From the NCBI GenBank assembly GCA_039208735.1, contig JBCCQY010000151.1, positions 1 to 22,858 of the forward strand: a stretch of DNA of 22,858 bases, in the 5' to 3' direction. Below, one piece after another: positions 18,196 to 22,858 of this stretch (positions are counted from its first letter, which is position 1; every line of letters starts with the position of its first letter). The position numbers and the translations under genes were made by a program. Origin of the DNA: Myxococcota bacterium (GTDB lineage: Bacteria > Myxococcota_A > UBA796 > GCA-2862545). Under the pieces are notes generated by a model. That model did not search any database. It saw only the letters and a list, made by a program, of their open reading frames with translations, and had not been told where the DNA came from.

Positions 18196-19217
18196 CAGTT
18201 GACCAGCCCCAAATAGCCGGGCCCAATGGGCTCGGGAAGGTTGGGTTCATCGAGGAGTTCCTTGAGATCGATCTCGATCGTGCGCGACAACGACGTGATG
18301 GGAATGTCGTTCCAGAGGCCCTCGAACGGGTTCTCGCTGTAGTCGCCGATCAGCTCTGCCGTGAAGAACAGCCAACTCACCACCGCACCACAGGGGATGA
18401 GCAGCCACAACTGATGCAGCGTGGCCAGGTCGTTGAATACGTCCAGCAGTCCGAACGGGAGGACCGCGGCAAGCACCCAGACCGAGTACAGCGTGAACGA
18501 CGCGTACTGCCTCGGAAACGGGAAGTTCTTGATCCGCTCCGACTTCCCTTGTTCATCGAACATCTTGTGGAGCAGCTTTTGCAGCTCCATGTGGCGCCAG
18601 TTGTCGATGAAGCCCTTTCGTTTCAGGTCGCGCAATTGGTAGGCCTGGTGAGCGAGCAAGTGGGTGGCGCGGTTCGTCCGGCGAGTCACCGCGTCCACCT
18701 CGTCGCCGTCGAGAAACAAGGCCAGATCCTTTTCCATGGGCGTCTTGCACTCGTGACAGAGCGAGCGAATGTAGGCATCGTCACTACGTCCGGCGTGTTC
18801 CCAGGTCTGACGACGGCGCAGGTGATGGCGCAGCGCCGCTAACCACGCCACGTGGCGCAGAATGAGGTCTCGATGGAGGGCTTGAAGCTCCTGGTCGTCC
18901 ACCGGCTGCTGGACGTATTCGTCGGTGACGAAGCCCTGGACCGTGATCGCCCAAGCGCGCGACACATTGACGATGGCTCCCCAAATCTTGCGAGCCTCCC
19001 ACAGGCGTCCGTACGAGGCGTTGTTCTTGAAGCCCACAAAGAAGGCCACCACAACGCCCAGCATGGAAACCACCGAAAACGGCACAACCATGGCTTCTGG
19101 CCGTCCCAGGGCGACGTAAACGCCCAAGATCACCGCCCCGTAGACGAAGGGTCCGATCAGGAACCGGATCGACCACCAGACGGTTCGGGGGAAAGAGTAG
19201 TGTCGCCTCGACTGCAT
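18195..19217 (-). CDS. Bestrophin-family ion channel (YneE-like)
   Basis: Motifs GFKNNASYGRLWEARKIWG, ERIKNFPFP, ENPFEG..NDIP and four TM segments. GAGG precedes ATG 19217. The ORF-track extension to 19823 is antisense to htrA. Confidence 0.9.
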   Translation of the reverse strand: MQSRRHYSFPRTVWWSIRFLIGPFVYGAVILGVYVALGRPEAMVVPFSVVSMLGVVVAFFVGFKNNASYGRLWEARKIWGAIVNVSRAWAITVQGFVTDEYVQQPVDDQELQALHRDLILRHVAWLAALRHHLRRRQTWEHAGRSDDAYIRSLCHECKTPMEKDLALFLDGDEVDAVTRRTNRATHLLAHQAYQLRDLKRKGFIDNWRHMELQKLLHKMFDEQGKSERIKNFPFPRQYASFTLYSVWVLAAVLPFGLLDVFNDLATLHQLWLLIPCGAVVSWLFFTAELIGDYSENPFEGLWNDIPITSLSRTIEIDLKELLDEPNLPEPIGPGYLGLVN

Positions 19218-19425
19218 GGCATCCTCTCGAAGTTGGCGTGGCCAGGTCATATCGCCCGCCAAGCACGGTTCGTAATCGAGGATTGCAGCTCCGTGGCTGG
19301 TGCAGGGGTGACGGAAATGCGTTGCGGTCTGTTTTCGTCGCATCCCTTCTCGCCGTAGCGGGTTTCGTTTGTACCGGTGGTCATTGATGACGGGCCCGTT
19401 GACGGCAGGTGGTGAGGTGGTTGCA

Positions 19426-20925
19426 TTGCGTCGTCTGTCAGCCCTGGAGTTTGTTGTGTCCACTTTGCTCACTCTTGCGAGCCTGATGCTGTCTGCGTGC
19501 CAGGCCGCACCCGTGCCCCAGACGAGCACGGATGCCGTCGCGGCCCCGGCCGTGACGCCTCCGCCGACCGTGTCGTCGCGGGTTCCCATCTCGGCCGACC
19601 TGGCCCGCATTCCCGACGTCGCAGAGGCGTCGGTCAAGAGCGTCGTGAACATCTCGACGTCGCGCATCGTGGCGCGACGTGCCGCCCCCAATCCCATGAT
19701 GAACGACCCGTTCTTCCGCCAGTTCTTTGGGCGGGGTCCGGTTCCCGAAGCGCCGCAAGAGCAGCGACAGAACAGTCTCGGCTCTGGGGTCATTGTCGAT
19801 GACGAGGGCATCGTGCTGACCAACCATCACGTTGCTGGCGAGGCCGACGAGATCAAGGTGACGTTGTCGGACGGCCGGGAGTTCGAGGCGACCCGAGTGG
19901 GCACCGACCAGCAGTCCGACTTGGCCGTGCTCAAGCTCGTCGATCCGCCCAAGGACCTCGTCGCGTTGCCCATTGGGGATTCGCAGACGTTGCGACTCGG
20001 TGAGGTTGTGCTCGCCATTGGCAACCCCTTTGGCATTGGTCAGACCGTGACCATGGGCATCGTCAGCGCCAAAGGGCGCGCCAAACTTGGCATCCTCGAC
20101 TACGAGGACTTCATCCAGACCGATGCATCCATCAACCCTGGGAATTCTGGCGGAGCCCTGGTGAACCTTCAGGGGGAGCTGGTGGGCATCAACACTGCCA
20201 TCTTCTCGCGAAGTGGGGGTTCGCAGGGGATTGGTTTCGCCATTCCCACCAAGCTCGTGTCGGCCATCATGACCGACCTGCTCGACGATGGGATGGTCGA
20301 TCGTGGATTTTTGGGCGTGGGCATCCAGGAGCTTTCCGACGACCTTCGCATGGCGATGAAGCTCGACAAGACGCTCAAGGGCGTGCTCATCACCGACGTG
20401 ACGCCTGGTTCAGCGGCCGATAAGGCTGGATTTGCTCGTGGTGATCTGGTCGTCGAGTTCAACAAGTCCAAGGTCCGCGACGTCGCGAACTTCCGCCTCG
20501 AAGTCGCCACCGCGGGCAGTGGCGTGTCGTTTAGTGCCGTGGTGTTGCGGGACGGCAAGCGGAAGAAGTTGTCTGGCAAGTTGGGTTCGCTGAGTGCTGC
20601 GACGCAGCCCGAAGCCGCTCCTGCATCGCCCAGTGGGGCCCAAAGTGGCTTGGAGGGTCTTGCTCTCGGGGCCATCACCGACGAGGCGCGGGCGCAGTTT
20701 GGCATCCCGGACCGGATTCAGAACGGGGCCCTCGTCGTCAACGTTCAGCCAGGCTCCGTAGGTGCCGAGACTGGTTTGCTGCCTGGTGACGTCATTGTTG
20801 AGGTCGACCGTCGAGCGGTGCGTGGCGCCAAGGATGTCCAGCAGATCGTGTCCCGCGTCAAAGGCCCTGTGCTCTTCGTGATCGTCCGCCAAGGCGCTCT
20901 CCTCTACTCCGTCTGGCGGCGCTAA
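19426..20925 (+). CDS. htrA: HtrA/DegQ (Do) serine endoprotease with two PDZ domains, probable lipoprotein
   Basis: Catalytic triad TNHHV, SDLAV, INPGNSGG. PDZ1 RGFLGV and a second PDZ. Lipobox LSAC. GAGGT SD precedes TTG 19426, though the start is uncertain. Confidence 0.94.
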   Translation: MRRLSALEFVVSTLLTLASLMLSACQAAPVPQTSTDAVAAPAVTPPPTVSSRVPISADLARIPDVAEASVKSVVNISTSRIVARRAAPNPMMNDPFFRQFFGRGPVPEAPQEQRQNSLGSGVIVDDEGIVLTNHHVAGEADEIKVTLSDGREFEATRVGTDQQSDLAVLKLVDPPKDLVALPIGDSQTLRLGEVVLAIGNPFGIGQTVTMGIVSAKGRAKLGILDYEDFIQTDASINPGNSGGALVNLQGELVGINTAIFSRSGGSQGIGFAIPTKLVSAIMTDLLDDGMVDRGFLGVGIQELSDDLRMAMKLDKTLKGVLITDVTPGSAADKAGFARGDLVVEFNKSKVRDVANFRLEVATAGSGVSFSAVVLRDGKRKKLSGKLGSLSAATQPEAAPASPSGAQSGLEGLALGAITDEARAQFGIPDRIQNGALVVNVQPGSVGAETGLLPGDVIVEVDRRAVRGAKDVQQIVSRVKGPVLFVIVRQGALLYSVWRR

Positions 20926-21128
20926 CCGAGGCCGGAGCGGGCCCCTCGCGGCCACCCCCGGCTCGCTCGGGACGGTCGACACGTGGACAGAAGCCGAAGC
21001 GGTCGAAGACCACAGCGTGGTGGATGGCGCGGAACATCCCCACCCCGTGTACATGACGTGTCGGAGCGGGTCGCATGTCGCGACACACGAGCCCGACGCG
21101 TCGGGCCCATCAGAACGCCTCGCCAGCC

Positions 21129-21692
21129 CTACCGGGTGAGCCGGGTCACGGCGCCCTCATCGTCGCGCAGCGTCATCGTGTCTCCTTCGATGCAGAACTC
21201 GAGGGTGTTGGTGCCCGCGTCGTCGGTGATGGTGATGGCGTTGCCGGTAACGGCCCAACTTCCTGTGGCCATGGAGACGTCGCTGACCTCGCCAGTGCAC
21301 GTGCACGAGCTTGCCGGGTCACCACTGCAGGTGAGCGACTCGTCAGGTTGCTCAATGTCGCTGCAATCATCGATCCCGGTCAAGCATTCAGCAGGTGCGA
21401 ACAAGGTAGTACTGGTATCGCTGGCGATCTCGGACTCGTAGCTCTGGTCGGCGTTCAGCTCGAAACTCCCAGTCCGAGAGGAGGTGAGGTCGAAAGTTGC
21501 CCCCGGACATTCATCGAATGACAAGGCATCGGCTCCGTTGCAGAAGCCGACCAGGCTCCACGAACCGGTGGGGTCGCCCCCACACGGACGGAAGTTGTCG
21601 CACAGCGTCGGGTCGTTATTCCCGCCACCATCGCCACCACCGCAGGCCCCGAGCAAAGCGAGACAGGCAACACTCACTCTCATTACACTCAC
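21129..21692 (-). CDS. Cys-rich acidic lipoprotein with a lipocalin-like beta region, hypothetical
   Basis: AAGGAG SD precedes GTG 21692 (alternative ATG 21683). Signal MRVSVACLALLGAC-GGG, then CGGDPTGSW..C, multiple cysteines, and GSWAVTGNAITI. Confidence 0.8.
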   Translation of the reverse strand: MSVMRVSVACLALLGACGGGDGGGNNDPTLCDNFRPCGGDPTGSWSLVGFCNGADALSFDECPGATFDLTSSRTGSFELNADQSYESEIASDTSTTLFAPAECLTGIDDCSDIEQPDESLTCSGDPASSCTCTGEVSDVSMATGSWAVTGNAITITDDAGTNTLEFCIEGDTMTLRDDEGAVTRLTR

Positions 21693-21722
21693 GATTGTCT
21701 CCTTACGTCGAACTCGCGAACG

Positions 21723-21992
21723 CCTGACCTCTTCAGCGTCGATGGACGGACTTAGCGTGGGTGATGGGAAGCCGCGGATCCGGTTGGGGGCCTGGAACGG
21801 TGACGCGTACTGCACCGCGTTGATGACCGGCTTCGGCAACGAGGGCGAGGCCTCCTCCAGTGTCTCCAAGGTTCGTATGATGCTCCCGCCCTACACCGAC
21901 TCACGGACAGCCTCGACATCGCTGGGGCGCTGAAGGCGCTACACCGTGACCTGAAGAACGCGCGGACGGACGAAGCCGCCTCGACCGTCTGA
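21723..21992 (+). pseudogene. Possible frameshifted receiver-domain remnant
   Basis: Receiver-like pieces occur in the correct order across two frames: PDLFSVD, MDGLSV, ALMTGFGNE, LQCLQGSYD, PY. Confidence 0.3.
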
Positions 21993-22125
21993 TGGGACTC
22001 CAGATTGGTGGTTCCTCGAAACGGTTCATCCGTCGCTTTTGCGTCCCGCAATGCGATTCCGGAAAACAAGATCCCGAGAACTCGTGGTCTGGCCTCCTTA
22101 GCGGGATGCGAGGCCAACGATGTTG

Positions 22126-22179
22126 CGCTGTTCTAAAATTACACTACTCATATACAATGAATGCAGTTTCAGAACAACG
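22126..22179. promoter_or_regulatory. Imperfect 18-bp inverted repeat, candidate AbiEi operator
   Basis: CGCTGTTCTAAAATTACA (22126-22143) and TGCAGTTTCAGAACAACG (22162-22179) are complementary at 14/18 positions. They lie in an AT-rich patch straddling the abiEi ATG. Confidence 0.6.
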
Positions 22180-22786
22180 TGGGATTCGAGAGTCTGGCCA
22201 GGGCAGTCGCGCCCTCGAGCTGGCTGCCGAACGCGGGGTTCTCCGAGCGCGGGATGCTCGCCAGGCCGGTGTGAGTAGCACCACCCTGACGCGGCTCGTG
22301 CGGACCGGCGCGCTGGTTCGCGAGGAGCGAGGGCTCTATCGCCTGCCAGGGCTCGAGCTCTCGGAACACCACACTCTGGCCGAAGTCGGCAGTCGGGCGC
22401 CAAAGGCCATCGTGTGCCTGCTCTCGGCGCTCCAGGTCCACGAGCTGACCACCCAACTGGCCTACCGCGTCTGGCTCGCCCTGCCTCGAGGTCGCCACGT
22501 GCCTCGACTTGGTGTTCAAACCGAGGTTGTGCGGATCTCCGAGCCTGCCTTGTCTCATGGGGTGGAGGAGCTACGCTTGTACGATGTGAGTGTCCGAGTG
22601 ACCACACCGGCCAGGACGGTCGCAGACTGCTTCAAGTTCCGGTCGAGGGTCGGCCACGACGTAGCCATTGAAGCCCTTCGAGACTTCCTCCGCACCCGAC
22701 GTCACGAGCTTGACCAACTCTACGCTGCCGCTGCCGTCTGTCGCGTCAGCAACGTCATGGCCCCGTACCTGGAGGCCCTGCTCTGA
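22157..22786 (+). CDS. abiEi: Type IV toxin-antitoxin AbiEi antitoxin / transcriptional regulator
   Basis: N-terminal wHTH (GVLRARD..L.RLVRTG.L.R..RGLYRL), then VCLLSAL..HELTTQ, TPARTVADCFKFRSRVG.DVAIEAL, V..VMAPYLEAL. ATG 22157 is preferred over the ORF-track start at 21992. Confidence 0.92.
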   Translation: MNAVSEQRGIRESGQGSRALELAAERGVLRARDARQAGVSSTTLTRLVRTGALVREERGLYRLPGLELSEHHTLAEVGSRAPKAIVCLLSALQVHELTTQLAYRVWLALPRGRHVPRLGVQTEVVRISEPALSHGVEELRLYDVSVRVTTPARTVADCFKFRSRVGHDVAIEALRDFLRTRRHELDQLYAAAAVCRVSNVMAPYLEALL

Positions 22787-22858
22787 CCGACGAACGGCTG
22801 GTCGCATCCATCCGAGACCGACTGCTGAACGGGGCGAAATCCCGGGGGGAGGATCGAG
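22783..22858 (+). CDS. abiEii: AbiEii nucleotidyltransferase toxin, N-terminus only (truncated by the window), apparent CTG start
   Basis: The frame reads (CTG)TDERLVASIRDRLLNGAKSRGED, resembling the AbiEii N-terminus ASVRxRLLNxAKxxGE. It overlaps the abiEi stop by 4 nt. GGAGG lies at 22771-22775. Confidence 0.7.
   Translation, partial: MTDERLVASIRDRLLNGAKSRGEDR

Noticed and set aside
19218..19823. Apparent long N-terminal extension or fusion on bestrophin
   Set aside because: It overlaps htrA antisense. A good SD+ATG at 19217 gives a normal-length bestrophin.
21915..21960. HRDLK motif suggesting a Ser/Thr kinase fragment
   Set aside because: No PxN, DFG or other kinase subdomains nearby. 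A five-residue match is insufficient.
21992..22156. N-terminal extension of AbiEi or a tRNA/att fragment
   Set aside because: The extension has no similarity to AbiEi and runs through the AT-rich operator. No T-loop/CCA tRNA end is visible.

Overview
GC-rich bacterial chromosomal window. The lineage is probably Myxococcota/deltaproteobacterial, inferred from the Cys-rich lipoproteins and gene content and not verified. It is mostly housekeeping and envelope/signalling genes. In order: a 3'-truncated lipoprotein, plant-type quinolinate synthase (nadA), a Sel1/Hcp-repeat protein and a degenerate stand-alone GGDEF-like protein. Next is a minus-strand run of single-domain response regulator, tandem cNMP-binding protein, cyclophilin lipoprotein, 85-aa protein and DUF4407-like membrane protein. 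Then come a class A PBP followed by a pseudokinase-TM-VasI/TagO-like fusion, a small membrane protein, type II NADH dehydrogenase, HAD-IB hydrolase, MutS2, plant-type DapB, a bestrophin channel, an HtrA/DegQ protease and a Cys-rich lipoprotein. The right end holds a possible decayed receiver-domain remnant and a type IV AbiE toxin-antitoxin locus, with an operator-like inverted repeat and a toxin that appears to start at CTG and is cut by the window edge. The best candidate for an undescribed system is the PBP1A plus membrane pseudokinase pair. I saw no CRISPR array, rRNA, tRNA or transposase. All family calls come from motif recognition by eye, not database searches.
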